From NCBI GenBank assembly GCA_029252105.1, contig JAQXCA010000026.1, positions 12,765 through 76,764 on the forward strand: a stretch of DNA of 64,000 nucleotides. Direction: 5' to 3'. A program made the position numbers and the translations under genes. Of this stretch, positions 38,584-48,177 are shown one piece after another. The DNA comes from Flavobacteriaceae bacterium (GTDB lineage: Bacteria; Bacteroidota; Bacteroidia; Flavobacteriales; Flavobacteriaceae). Every line of letters starts with the position of its first letter. Position 1 is the stretch's first letter. The notes under the pieces are model-generated. The model was not told where the DNA came from. It saw only the letters and a list, made by a program, of their open reading frames with translations, and did not search any database.

Positions 38584-39498
38584 ATGATGGCACAAACACT
38601 TTTAATTACTGGAGCAACGGGATTAGTTGGCAAGGCGTTGGTAAAACAATGCTTAGCACAGGGCGATACAGTACATTATTTGACCACACGTAAATCTAAA
38701 ATTGCCACTCAAAAAAATTACAAAGGCTTCTATTGGAATCCTCAGGATAATGCTATTGATTTAGCTTGTTTTGAAGGGGTTGAAGTCATTTTTAATTTAG
38801 CGGGATCATCTATAGCTCAGCGTTGGAGTAAAGTAGCAAAAACGTCTATTTTATCGAGCCGAACACAAGCATTAGCTCTGTTGCATTCAAGTATCGAAAC
38901 GCATAAATTTCCTATAACACAAATCATTTCTGCTAGCGCTATTGGCATTTATCCAGACTCAAAAACGCGCTATTATGACGAGAAATTTCAAGGTACAGAT
39001 GCTAGTTTTTTACGTTCTGTAGTGAAATCTTGGGAAGGCAGTTTAAAGCCGTTTCAAACTTTAGGCGTAAAAACAACAGCGCTACGCATTGGCATCGTAT
39101 TGGACATGCACGAAGGCGCATTGCCAAAAATTATGGCGCCAATTAAACACTACCTAGGCGCTGCTTTAGGCGTTGGAGATCAATGGCAATCCTGGATTCA
39201 TATTAACGATTTAGTGCGTTTATTTATGTTTGTTTTAGAGTCAAAACTAGAGGGGGTTTACAACGCTGTAGCGCCTAATCCGGTTCAACAAATCGAACTC
39301 ACAAAATTAATTGCAAAACAACTTCAACGGCCGTTGGTATTACCCAATGTTCCTGAATTTGCTCTTCGCCTCATGCTTGGTGAGATGCGCGCCATTGCCC
39401 TCGAAAGTCAACGCGTCTGTGCAAGCAAAATTCAAAATGCTGGATTTAAATTCGATTTCTTAGAATTGGAGCCCGCTTTGGAAGATTTGATGGCGTAA
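38584..39498 (+). CDS. TIGR01777 family NAD-dependent epimerase/oxidoreductase
   Basis: ITGATGLVG, NLAG..I..RW, SASAIGIY, G.G.QWQSWIHI.D, YNAVAPNP. Confidence 0.9.
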   Translation: MMAQTLLITGATGLVGKALVKQCLAQGDTVHYLTTRKSKIATQKNYKGFYWNPQDNAIDLACFEGVEVIFNLAGSSIAQRWSKVAKTSILSSRTQALALLHSSIETHKFPITQIISASAIGIYPDSKTRYYDEKFQGTDASFLRSVVKSWEGSLKPFQTLGVKTTALRIGIVLDMHEGALPKIMAPIKHYLGAALGVGDQWQSWIHINDLVRLFMFVLESKLEGVYNAVAPNPVQQIELTKLIAKQLQRPLVLPNVPEFALRLMLGEMRAIALESQRVCASKIQNAGFKFDFLELEPALEDLMA

Positions 39499-39589
39499 AC
39501 ACGCAATTTTTGTAGCTGTTATTTTTTTAAGCTTAAATATGGAATTGTTTTTTATCGGACACAAGTGTTCATTTCATGAAAATACTTAG

Positions 39590-39630
39590 TGACATTATGA
39601 CATTTTATTAATAATGGCAGTACTTTTGCC
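39590..39630 (+). promoter_or_regulatory. Candidate sigma54 (-24/-12) promoter with upstream TGACA tandem, before grpE-dnaJ
   Basis: TGGCAGTACTTTTGCC (39615-39630) has GG-N10-GC spacing; TGACATTATGACA at 39590-39602. It also overlaps a TACTTTTG -7 match. Confidence 0.6.
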
Positions 39631-39676
39631 ATTGTTATAAAAATAAAATTAATCACCCAATGCGTTTAAACATACG

Positions 39677-40213
39677 ATGAGTAAAAAAGAAACTAAAGTG
39701 GAAGCTGAACTTCCAGAAGAAAATATAGTAAATGAAACGGCTACAGAAGCAACCGTTGAGCTTACAGTAGAGGAGCAATTGACCGCAGATTTAGCACAAG
39801 AAAAAGATAAATTTTTACGCTTATTTGCAGAATTTGAAAACTATAAACGACGTACTACTAAAGAACGTATTGAATTGTTTTCAACAGCGAGTCAAGATGT
39901 AATTAAGGTATTATTGCCTGTATTAGATGATTTTGACCGTGCCTTGCTAGAAATGTCTAAAAGTGAACCTACTGAACTTTCAAAGGGTGTGGAGCTGATT
40001 AAAAATAAATTATCATCTACTCTAGAACAAAAAGGGTTGAGTTTGGTTGAGGTGAAATCTGGAGATATTTTTAATGCGGATGACCATGAAGCAATTACTC
40101 AAATTCCTGCACCAACAGACGATATGAAAGGTAAAATCATAGACGTTATTGAAAAAGGCTACAAGTTAGGTGAGAAAGTGATTCGTTTCCCTAAAGTAGT
40201 CATAGGGAACTAA
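39677..40213 (+). CDS. grpE: Nucleotide exchange factor GrpE
   Basis: LRLFAEFENYKRRT, LLPVLDDFDRA, HEAI, EKGYKL..KVIRFPKV. Confidence 0.96.
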   Translation: MSKKETKVEAELPEENIVNETATEATVELTVEEQLTADLAQEKDKFLRLFAEFENYKRRTTKERIELFSTASQDVIKVLLPVLDDFDRALLEMSKSEPTELSKGVELIKNKLSSTLEQKGLSLVEVKSGDIFNADDHEAITQIPAPTDDMKGKIIDVIEKGYKLGEKVIRFPKVVIGN

Positions 40214-40244
40214 TTTAATTAAGACATAAAATTTCAAGATTGAG

Positions 40245-41357
40245 ATGGCAAAACGCGATTATTACGACATATTAGGCATTAACAAAAGTGCCTCTGCAGC
40301 AGAGATAAAAAAAGCTTATAGAAAAATGGCGGTTAAATACCACCCGGATAAAAATCCAGATGATAAAACTGCTGAAGATAAATTTAAAGAAGCTGCTGAA
40401 GCCTATGAAATATTAAGCGATGCTGATAAAAAAGCCCGTTTCGATCAATATGGTCATCAAGCCTTTGAAGGTGGTGGTTTTGGCGGCGGTGGCGGCATGA
40501 ATATGGATGACATCTTCAGCCAGTTTGGCGATATTTTCGGCGGCGGCGGTGGTGGCTTCGGCGGTTTTGGAGGCGGACAACGTCAACGTGTAATGAAAGG
40601 GAGTAACCTTCGTATTCGTGTCAAATTAACACTAGAAGAAATTGCAAACGGAGTTGAAAAGAAAGTAAAAGTTAAGCGAAAAACCCAAGCCAAAGGCGTC
40701 ACCTATAAAACCTGTTCTACCTGTAATGGGCAAGGTCAAGTGACACGCATTACAAATACAATTTTAGGTCGTATGCAAACCGCTTCGCCCTGTAATGTTT
40801 GTGGAGGAACAGGTCAGATTATTGATAATCGTCCACCGAATTCAGATGCACAAGGATTTCTTGTAGAAGAAGAAACCGTCTCTATAAAAATACCTGCTGG
40901 CGTTGTAGATGGTATGCAATTAAAAGTCACTGGAAAAGGAAATGCAGCCCCTGGAAACGGGATTTCTGGCGATTTATTAGTAGCCATAACTGAAGAAACA
41001 CATCCAACCCTACAACGTGAAGGCGACAATTTACATTACGATTTGTACGTGAGTGTGCCCGATGCGATTTTAGGATCTTCTATAGAAATTGATGCCGTTA
41101 CAGGAAAAGTCCGTTTAAAGATTGAAGCCGGTGTACAATCTGGAAAAATATTACGTCTTAGAGGTAAAGGAATTCCAAACGTCAATGGTTACAGTCGCGG
41201 AGATTTGTTAGTACATATTAACGTTTGGACGCCAAAAACCTTGAGTAAAGAACAAAAATCATTTTTTGAAAAAATGAAAACGGATGAGCATTTTTCACCA
41301 AAGCCTGAAAGCTCTGATAAGTCCTTTTTTGAAAAGGTAAAAGACATGTTTTCTTAG
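40245..41357 (+). CDS. dnaJ: Chaperone DnaJ
   Basis: J domain with HPD, G/F-rich linker, two CxxCxGxG repeats, C-terminal domains. Confidence 0.96.
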   Translation: MAKRDYYDILGINKSASAAEIKKAYRKMAVKYHPDKNPDDKTAEDKFKEAAEAYEILSDADKKARFDQYGHQAFEGGGFGGGGGMNMDDIFSQFGDIFGGGGGGFGGFGGGQRQRVMKGSNLRIRVKLTLEEIANGVEKKVKVKRKTQAKGVTYKTCSTCNGQGQVTRITNTILGRMQTASPCNVCGGTGQIIDNRPPNSDAQGFLVEEETVSIKIPAGVVDGMQLKVTGKGNAAPGNGISGDLLVAITEETHPTLQREGDNLHYDLYVSVPDAILGSSIEIDAVTGKVRLKIEAGVQSGKILRLRGKGIPNVNGYSRGDLLVHINVWTPKTLSKEQKSFFEKMKTDEHFSPKPESSDKSFFEKVKDMFS

Positions 41358-41376
41358 TAAGTTCAATTATTGAAAA

Positions 41377-42018
41377 ATGAGTGAGAAATTAAATCAACAT
41401 TATTCCAGCAAAGAGGAACGATTAAATATAATTACGCACGCGTTTGGACTTTTATTAAGTGTAATCGGATTGCCATTTTTGATTCTTAAAGCCTATAGTT
41501 TTGATGGCTTTTGGAAGCCTGCAAGTTTAGTGATTTATGGGTTGAGCTTGATTATTCTTTATGCGGCCTCTACATTATATCATGCTGCGAAAGACCCAAA
41601 ACGAAGACGGAAGTTGAATATTTTTGATCATGCTGCGATCTATGTTTTAATTGCAGGCACCTATTCCCCCTACACAATTATCTTGATGGATAGTACAATG
41701 GGCTGGACTGTTTTTGGGTTAACGTGGACCTTTGCTTTGATGGGTATTATCTTAAAATTGTTTTATACAGGACGGTTTGATAAACTCTCTACGACACTAT
41801 ACCTCTTAATGGGTTGGCAGGTGGTGTTTGTGATCAAAACGCTTATGGAACTGTTGTCTCCAGAAGGCTTGCAGCTTCTATTTGCAGGAGGTGTGTTTTA
41901 TACGATAGGCGCACTGCTGTACTCCATAAATAGAATTCCTTATAACCATGCCATTTTTCATGTTTGTGTGCTGTTAGGGAGTCTGTGTCACTTTTTCAGT
42001 GTGTTTAGTTTTTTGTAA
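41377..42018 (+). CDS. Hemolysin III / PAQR family membrane protein
   Basis: EE..N.ITH, STLYH, DHAAIYVLIAGTYSP, HAIFH...GS..H. Confidence 0.93.
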   Translation: MSEKLNQHYSSKEERLNIITHAFGLLLSVIGLPFLILKAYSFDGFWKPASLVIYGLSLIILYAASTLYHAAKDPKRRRKLNIFDHAAIYVLIAGTYSPYTIILMDSTMGWTVFGLTWTFALMGIILKLFYTGRFDKLSTTLYLLMGWQVVFVIKTLMELLSPEGLQLLFAGGVFYTIGALLYSINRIPYNHAIFHVCVLLGSLCHFFSVFSFL

Positions 42019-42078
42019 AAGAACTCCTAATTACAGTTGTAAAACTTAGGTTTAATGGTTAGAGAGTTGATTTATTGT

Positions 42079-42640
42079 TCAAATCAATAGTACAGTTAGT
42101 CTTTTCTTGACGTAAACGTTTTCACATAACCAATAGCCAATTCTGAAAACTCGGCTTGCCCGTGGTTTGGATTTATACACCCGCGTAGTACATAAATAGT
42201 CTAAAAGACCAATTAAAATTCGTAGACACAGCCCTATTAAATTCGTTGGTAATAGGGTCATGTTTTTCGGTAATGTAAGAGATGCTGGTCCCTACATGAG
42301 TACTGAATTTATCAGATTTAAAGGCCTTAAATTCTATAAAGGGTTGAAGCGTAAAAATAGTTCCAAGCTGAGCTGTGTTTCCTAAATCTGCAACTCCAAT
42401 ACAGAGACCTGTTTTTACGTTTTTTAAGTAATTTGCCCACACATCGGTATGTGTTGTGTGTTGCCAACCAAAACTTAAATAAACTTGTTTTTGAAGCCCT
42501 CTATCGGGGAAATTCGTGTTTGGTTCGCCCGTAATTCAAAAAAGAAGTTCGGGAGTGAAGCTTAATAATTTTGAGTTTGTTTCTTGCCCAAACGACATGA
42601 AGACGCTAAACAGCATCAGATAGGTAAGCTTGTTAATCAT
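42079..42640 (-). pseudogene. Degraded outer-membrane beta-barrel gene, probably acyloxyacyl hydrolase/PagL-like
   Basis: ATG 42640 with signal peptide MINKLTYLMLFSVFMSFGQE; in-frame TGA at 42536-42538. The frame then continues (ITGEPNTNFP...WANYL...DLGN..LG...PFIEF...DPITN..N.AVST...WSFRLF) to a stop at 42173. The expected C-terminal half is not recognisable. Confidence 0.6.
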
Positions 42641-42816
42641 GAATAAAACGGGTAATTGTAAATTGGTGTCTATTGTGACAACTTTCTAAATCAATATCAA
42701 CCTTCGTGAAAATGACTTTTTAGGGGATATAAAGTATTTCATAACGGTATGCAACAGACCAAACAAATATACGAAATTTGATACGATTCAATTTTAGTTA
42801 GAGGGTGAAAAAAAAG

Positions 42817-42824
42817 TATCTTTG
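42817..42824 (+). promoter_or_regulatory. -7 promoter element for methyltransferase gene
   Basis: TATCTTTG, followed by a short hairpin CGTATG-N9-CATACG. Confidence 0.45.
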
Positions 42825-42876
42825 TCACACTCGTATGCAATCGAATCATACGCTTAAATGATACCAAAACCACACT

Positions 42877-43947
42877 ATGATTTCACATAAGGATATCAAT
42901 AAACCAACACCAATCACAAGTTCCAAAGCACAATTAGAGGTGTTTAATCGTTCTTCAGATGTGAACGGGACAATACGATCTTTAGAATCCGGGAGACCTG
43001 TGTTGATTACCGCCTTTTATAGCAACGGATTGACGCTGCTTAAAGAACTGCAAACCCATCTTAAACGTAAGTTTGCAGGCAATTCTTTTAAAGAACAGCG
43101 TGCGTATCGTGATGCGTATCGCAAACTGTCTAAGCTTATTTTAATTGAAGTTGTAGATCAAAAACTCATTGTTAAAAAAGCACCTTCTATTGGTTGGCTG
43201 GAGCTATTTTACCCAGAAATCAATAATTTCTTATTGCCTTTCACAAAAATTCAAGGTCTTAATAGTTCGTGGCAATGGTATAAAAATGGAATTACAGTTC
43301 CGGTTTTGCGAAATAAAATACATCCGTATTATGGGACGTATTTTCCAACACGTTTTGATCATTTGATTCTTTTTGATAACTGGCTCAAACGCTATGAGGG
43401 ATCAAAAAAGTCGGCTATTGATGTGGGCATTGGAAGTGGAGTTTTGTCATTTCAAATGGTGAAACACGGATTTCAAAAAGTATTTGGAACGGATACCAAT
43501 CCCAATGCTATTGTAGGGCTTAAACAGACTATGGGCGACACAAAACTTTCCCGAAAAGTAGAATTGGATTTTGGATCGCTTTTTGGAACGTGGGAAAAAC
43601 CAACAGAGTTGATTGTTTTTAACCCGCCATGGTTACCAGCAACGCATAAATTAGATAAAAATGATGAAGCAATTTACTACAATAAAACACTTTTTACTGA
43701 CTTTTTTGAAGCCGCGAAACAACGTCTTTTACCTGATGGGAAACTCGTCGTTATTTTCTCTAATTTAGCACAGCTCACAAAAGCCACAACCAAACATCCT
43801 GTTGAGAAGGAACTCGCCAAAGGTGGCAGATTTCAATTGGAAAAACGCCTAACAAGAGCCGTTAAAAAAGCCTCTGACAAAACTAAACGTGAGCAACATT
43901 GGCGGGCTTCGGAAGAGGTGGAGCTGTGGGTGTTGACACATTCGTAG
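42877..43947 (+). CDS. Class I SAM-dependent amino-methyltransferase (MTS/HemK-like)
   Basis: IDVGIGSG motif I, GTDTN motif II, VFNPPW motif IV. Confidence 0.85.
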   Translation: MISHKDINKPTPITSSKAQLEVFNRSSDVNGTIRSLESGRPVLITAFYSNGLTLLKELQTHLKRKFAGNSFKEQRAYRDAYRKLSKLILIEVVDQKLIVKKAPSIGWLELFYPEINNFLLPFTKIQGLNSSWQWYKNGITVPVLRNKIHPYYGTYFPTRFDHLILFDNWLKRYEGSKKSAIDVGIGSGVLSFQMVKHGFQKVFGTDTNPNAIVGLKQTMGDTKLSRKVELDFGSLFGTWEKPTELIVFNPPWLPATHKLDKNDEAIYYNKTLFTDFFEAAKQRLLPDGKLVVIFSNLAQLTKATTKHPVEKELAKGGRFQLEKRLTRAVKKASDKTKREQHWRASEEVELWVLTHS

Positions 43948-44019
43948 TTTTCTAGAAGGCATACAAATGAAGTTTTTGTAGTTATTAATGGTACGCTCGC
44001 ATTAGTTTGGGAACTGTTA

Positions 44020-44190
44020 TTATTTATATTTTTTTCGATTAATCAACCACATACTAGTTCCAAAAAATGTGAAGTAAAAAAGGAAATCCCAAACACTAAA
44101 CTTACCATTTTTAAAATAATGAAATGCTGACATTCCAACTGCAAAAGCTATACCACATAGAAAACTATTTTTTATATTTTTCTTGTTCAT
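44020..44190 (-). CDS. Small 2-TM membrane protein (56 aa), not in ORF track
   Basis: Manual translation MNKKNIKNSFLCGIAFAVGMSAFHYFKNGKFSVWDFLFYFTFFGTSMWLINRKKYK; basic termini flank two hydrophobic helices; A-rich leader; TAA TAA stops. Confidence 0.65.
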   Translation of the reverse strand: MNKKNIKNSFLCGIAFAVGMSAFHYFKNGKFSVWDFLFYFTFFGTSMWLINRKKYK

Positions 44191-44738
44191 TTTTTATTTT
44201 TGAGGTACAATTTTTTTAAATTCTTCAAAGTCGGGAGACTTTGCTGACCGGAGCTAGCTGGGGTTAAGTACGTTTAAAGAATTCATGATCTTTTTATGTT
44301 TTCTATTCATAACATCATCGGATTAATAATATTTTCATCATAACATTCATCCACTACTTCTGGGATGTATCTTTTCGTATGCTCTTTCCAATTATCCATA
44401 TCTTTATCAACGCATTTTATTTAAACAAATTTTCTATGAGAAAGCTTATGTATTTCTGAGTAACACCCCTTTGTGATTCACTATACAAAATACTAGTGCA
44501 CACATTTCTGCTCAACGATTGTGTACCTCAATAATTCTCAAAAAAACGTTATCTCAACGTCGGTTAAACTACTTATGAAGACATAGATTTGGGATCTAAA
44601 TCAGTTTTAAATATATAAAAAATTCTGTACATCCAAAAATACAAGACATTTTAACAGCCCTAAATTTATTAATCAAAGTATTTTCTTTTTCAGTGTAACT
44701 TTTCTTATCTTGGAACGTCTTATAACTAAAATTAACGC

Positions 44739-45671
44739 ATGAATACCCTTTTAGAAACTAAAGACGTTTCAAAACACTTTGGTGATTTTCAAGCTTTAGA
44801 CGCCGTATCCATACAAGTCCCAAAACATAGTATTTTCGGATTGTTAGGGCCTAATGGTGCTGGAAAAACCACCTTGATTAGAATTATCAATCAAATTACC
44901 ATGCCGGACTCAGGTTCTGTGCTCTTAGATGGTGAGGCTTTACAGCCCCATCATGTACAGTATATTGGCTATCTGCCCGAAGAACGTGGGCTGTATAAGT
45001 CGATGAAAGTTGGAGAACAAGCTCTGTATTTGGCACAGCTTAAAGGCTTGTCTTACTCGGAAGCCAAAAAACGCTTAAAATACTGGTTTGATAAATTGGA
45101 AATTGGACATTGGTGGGATAAAAAAATAGAAGAACTCTCAAAAGGTATGGCACAAAAAATTCAGTTTGTGGTGACCGTTTTACACCAACCTAAATTGCTG
45201 ATTTTTGACGAACCGTTTTCTGGATTTGATCCTATCAACGCAAATCTTATAAAAGACGAAATTTTACAACTCCGCGATGAAGGTGCAACCGTCATTTTCT
45301 CAACCCACCGCATGGAATCTGTAGAAGAACTCTGCGATCATATTGCTTTAATTCATGAGTCTAAAAAAATATTAGACGGCAAACTCAATGACATCAAACG
45401 CGACTATAAAACAAATTCTTTTGAAGTCGGCTTGTTGTCTGATAATAAAAAAGTGTTACAACGAACCATCGAAGCGAAATTTAAAGTAGCTCCAGCAGAT
45501 TTCAAATCGCTTCATGACGATCTTAAACTTAATATTTCATTGGGTTCTGAAGGCACTTCAAATGATTTGTTAGCGTTTTTAACGTCGCAATCACAAGTCC
45601 TCCATTTCAAGGAATTAATTCCAAGTGCGAGCGATATTTTTATTCAAACCATCCAAAATAACAAGTCATGA
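44739..45671 (+). CDS. ABC transporter ATP-binding protein (NatA/YhaQ-like)
   Basis: GPNGAGKT, GYLPEERGLY, LSKGM signature, IFDEPFSG, STH. Confidence 0.94.
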   Translation: MNTLLETKDVSKHFGDFQALDAVSIQVPKHSIFGLLGPNGAGKTTLIRIINQITMPDSGSVLLDGEALQPHHVQYIGYLPEERGLYKSMKVGEQALYLAQLKGLSYSEAKKRLKYWFDKLEIGHWWDKKIEELSKGMAQKIQFVVTVLHQPKLLIFDEPFSGFDPINANLIKDEILQLRDEGATVIFSTHRMESVEELCDHIALIHESKKILDGKLNDIKRDYKTNSFEVGLLSDNKKVLQRTIEAKFKVAPADFKSLHDDLKLNISLGSEGTSNDLLAFLTSQSQVLHFKELIPSASDIFIQTIQNNKS

Positions 45672-46972
45672 ATCATCTTCCTTTAATCATTAAACGTGAG
45701 TACATGACGAAAGTCAGGAACAAATCGTTTATACTCATGACGTTTTTGACGCCTTTCATTATGATTGGCTTATTTTCATTTGTAGGCTATTTGTCAAATA
45801 TAAATAATGATACAGTCCGCACCATTTATGTTTTAGACGATACGGGTTTTGTATCTGAGACTTTTAAAACTACGGATTACACAATCTATAATCACCTTTC
45901 AGAAGTTGATTTAGAAACCGCCAAAGCCTTAGCAAACCAAGAAGACGCCTATGGATTGCTTTACATTCCAGAAATGTCAATTGAGACGGTATCAAATTTT
46001 ATTAAATTTTACTCAGAAGAATCTCCTTCTCTTTCCTTTATATCCTCTTTGGAATCAAAAATTGAAGCTAAATTATCCGAACTAAAATTACAAAGCGAAG
46101 GTGTTGATTTAGCCCTAATTGATGCCTCTAAAATGAATGTAGATATCAACCAAGAAAGTTTTGAAGGTGTCAAAACCTCTAAGGTGGGAAGCCTTATGAA
46201 ATTGGGCTTTGGAAGCCTCGCTGGCTATTTGTTGTTTATGTTTATCATAGTATATGGGAACATGATTATGCGGAGTGTTATAGAAGAAAAAACCAGTCGA
46301 ATTATTGAAGTTATTATTTCATCGGTGAAACCCATCCAACTGATGTTAGGTAAAATCATTGGGACCTCTTTAGCAGGGATTACACAATTTACAATTTGGA
46401 TTGTTTTAGGGGGTGTAATTATGTTCGCTGCTTCAGCCATTTTTGGTATTGAAATGTCGCAAACTCCACAACAGGAGTTGGTAAATCAAACACTTCAAAA
46501 CCCGGAGTCAATCGATAAACTTCAACTGATAATCAACGAATTTCAGATGTTACCGCTCGGAAATTTAGTGATCGCCTTTATCTTGTTTTTTATTGGCGGG
46601 TATCTACTATTTAGTTCGTTATATGCAGCCATTGGTGCCGCAGTGGATAATGAAACAGATACACAACAATTTATGTTGCCTGTGATTTTACCGTTAATCT
46701 TAGCGATTTATGTAGGAATGTTTACGGTGATCGAAGACCCGCACGGCACCATCTCTACCGTATTTTCATTTATTCCATTTACGTCTCCCGTAGTGATGCT
46801 GATGCGAATTCCGTTTGGTGTTCCTGTATGGCAACAACTCGTATCTCTTTTGATCCTTATAGTTACGTTTATTTTTATAGTATGGTTTGCAGCAAAAATT
46901 TACCGTGTTGGAATCCTAATGCATGGCAAAAAACCAACGTATAGAGAACTTTATAAATGGTTAAAATATTAA
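45668..46972 (+). CDS. ABC-2 type permease (NatB/YhaP-like)
   Basis: IIKREY, EEKTSRIIEVIISSV.P..LM.GKI, SFIPFTSP; ATGA overlap with the ATPase gene. Confidence 0.93.
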   Translation: MNHLPLIIKREYMTKVRNKSFILMTFLTPFIMIGLFSFVGYLSNINNDTVRTIYVLDDTGFVSETFKTTDYTIYNHLSEVDLETAKALANQEDAYGLLYIPEMSIETVSNFIKFYSEESPSLSFISSLESKIEAKLSELKLQSEGVDLALIDASKMNVDINQESFEGVKTSKVGSLMKLGFGSLAGYLLFMFIIVYGNMIMRSVIEEKTSRIIEVIISSVKPIQLMLGKIIGTSLAGITQFTIWIVLGGVIMFAASAIFGIEMSQTPQQELVNQTLQNPESIDKLQLIINEFQMLPLGNLVIAFILFFIGGYLLFSSLYAAIGAAVDNETDTQQFMLPVILPLILAIYVGMFTVIEDPHGTISTVFSFIPFTSPVVMLMRIPFGVPVWQQLVSLLILIVTFIFIVWFAAKIYRVGILMHGKKPTYRELYKWLKY

Positions 46973-47013
46973 TTTTAAAAACACGTTATTAATGCATACT
47001 AAATACACATTGA

Positions 47014-48177
47014 ATGTCTAGAATTTTAATCATAGAAGATGAAGCTTCAATTCGTCGTGTGCTCGTAAAAATACTAACAGAAGAGAATGCGAAGTATCAA
47101 GTTTTTGAAGCAGAAGATGGTTTGATTGGAACCGAAATGATCAAAAAAGAGGATTTTGATTTGGTGTTATGTGATATTAAAATGCCCATAATGGACGGCG
47201 TTGAAGTTTTGGAAGCGGTCAAAAAAATCAAGCCCGAAATTCCTATGGTGATGATATCTGGGCATGGCGATTTAGATACAGCAGTGAATACTATGCGCAT
47301 GGGCGCTTTTGATTATATATCCAAACCACCAGACTTAAACCGTTTATTGAATACCATTAGAAATGCACTCGACCGCAAACAGTTGGTTGTCGAAAACACA
47401 CGCCTTAAACGGAAAGTAAGTAAACAGTATGAAATGGTTGGTAACAGCCCTGAAATAGAGACTATAAAATCAATTATAGACAAAGTAGCCCCAACGGAAG
47501 CGCGGGTATTAGTGACGGGTCCTAACGGAACAGGAAAAGAACTGGTAGCGCATTGGTTACATCAAAAGAGTGAGCGTGCCAAAGGGCCAATGATCGAAGT
47601 AAACTGTGCTGCTATCCCGAGTGAACTTATAGAAAGTGAGTTGTTCGGACATATAAAAGGTGCGTTTACAAGCGCCCATAAAGATCGTGCAGGTAAATTT
47701 GAAGCCGCTAATGGCGGAAGTATTTTTTTAGATGAAATAGGGGACATGAGCCTATCTGCACAAGCAAAAGTGTTGCGCGCCCTACAAGAAAGTCGTATAC
47801 AGCGTGTTGGAAGTGATAAAGATATTAAAGTCGACGTTCGTGTCATTGCAGCCACCAATAAAAATCTTAAAAAAGAAATTTCTGAAGGGCGTTTCCGGGA
47901 AGATTTATACCACCGACTGGCAGTAATTCTGATTAAGGTGCCACCACTAAACGATCGCCGCGAAGATATTCCGGTTTTAGTAGATCATTTTGCTCATAAA
48001 ATTGCTTCTGAACAAGGAAACGCCAAAAAGCGTTTTTCTACTGCGGCACTCAAATTGCTTCAAGCTTATGATTGGACGGGAAATATCAGAGAGTTAAGAA
48101 ACGTAGTTGAAAGGCTCATTATTCTCGGAAACACGGAAGTTACGGAAACCGATGTAAAGGCATTTGCAAGCAAATAA
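47014..48177 (+). CDS. Sigma54-dependent response regulator (REC + AAA+), lacking C-terminal HTH
   Basis: IIEDE, LCDIKMP, GPNGTGKE, ESELFGH..GAFTSA, FLDEIGDM, FREDLYHRL, WTGNIRELRN; the protein ends about 20 aa later. Confidence 0.93.
   Translation: MSRILIIEDEASIRRVLVKILTEENAKYQVFEAEDGLIGTEMIKKEDFDLVLCDIKMPIMDGVEVLEAVKKIKPEIPMVMISGHGDLDTAVNTMRMGAFDYISKPPDLNRLLNTIRNALDRKQLVVENTRLKRKVSKQYEMVGNSPEIETIKSIIDKVAPTEARVLVTGPNGTGKELVAHWLHQKSERAKGPMIEVNCAAIPSELIESELFGHIKGAFTSAHKDRAGKFEAANGGSIFLDEIGDMSLSAQAKVLRALQESRIQRVGSDKDIKVDVRVIAATNKNLKKEISEGRFREDLYHRLAVILIKVPPLNDRREDIPVLVDHFAHKIASEQGNAKKRFSTAALKLLQAYDWTGNIRELRNVVERLIILGNTEVTETDVKAFASK

Noticed and set aside
39608-39637. CIRCE/HrcA operator before grpE
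   Set aside because: Does not match TTAGCACTC-N9-GAGTGCTAA; better explained as a -24/-12-like element.
40468-40578. GGC/GGT-rich tandem-like repeats
   Set aside because: They encode the normal G/F-rich linker of DnaJ.
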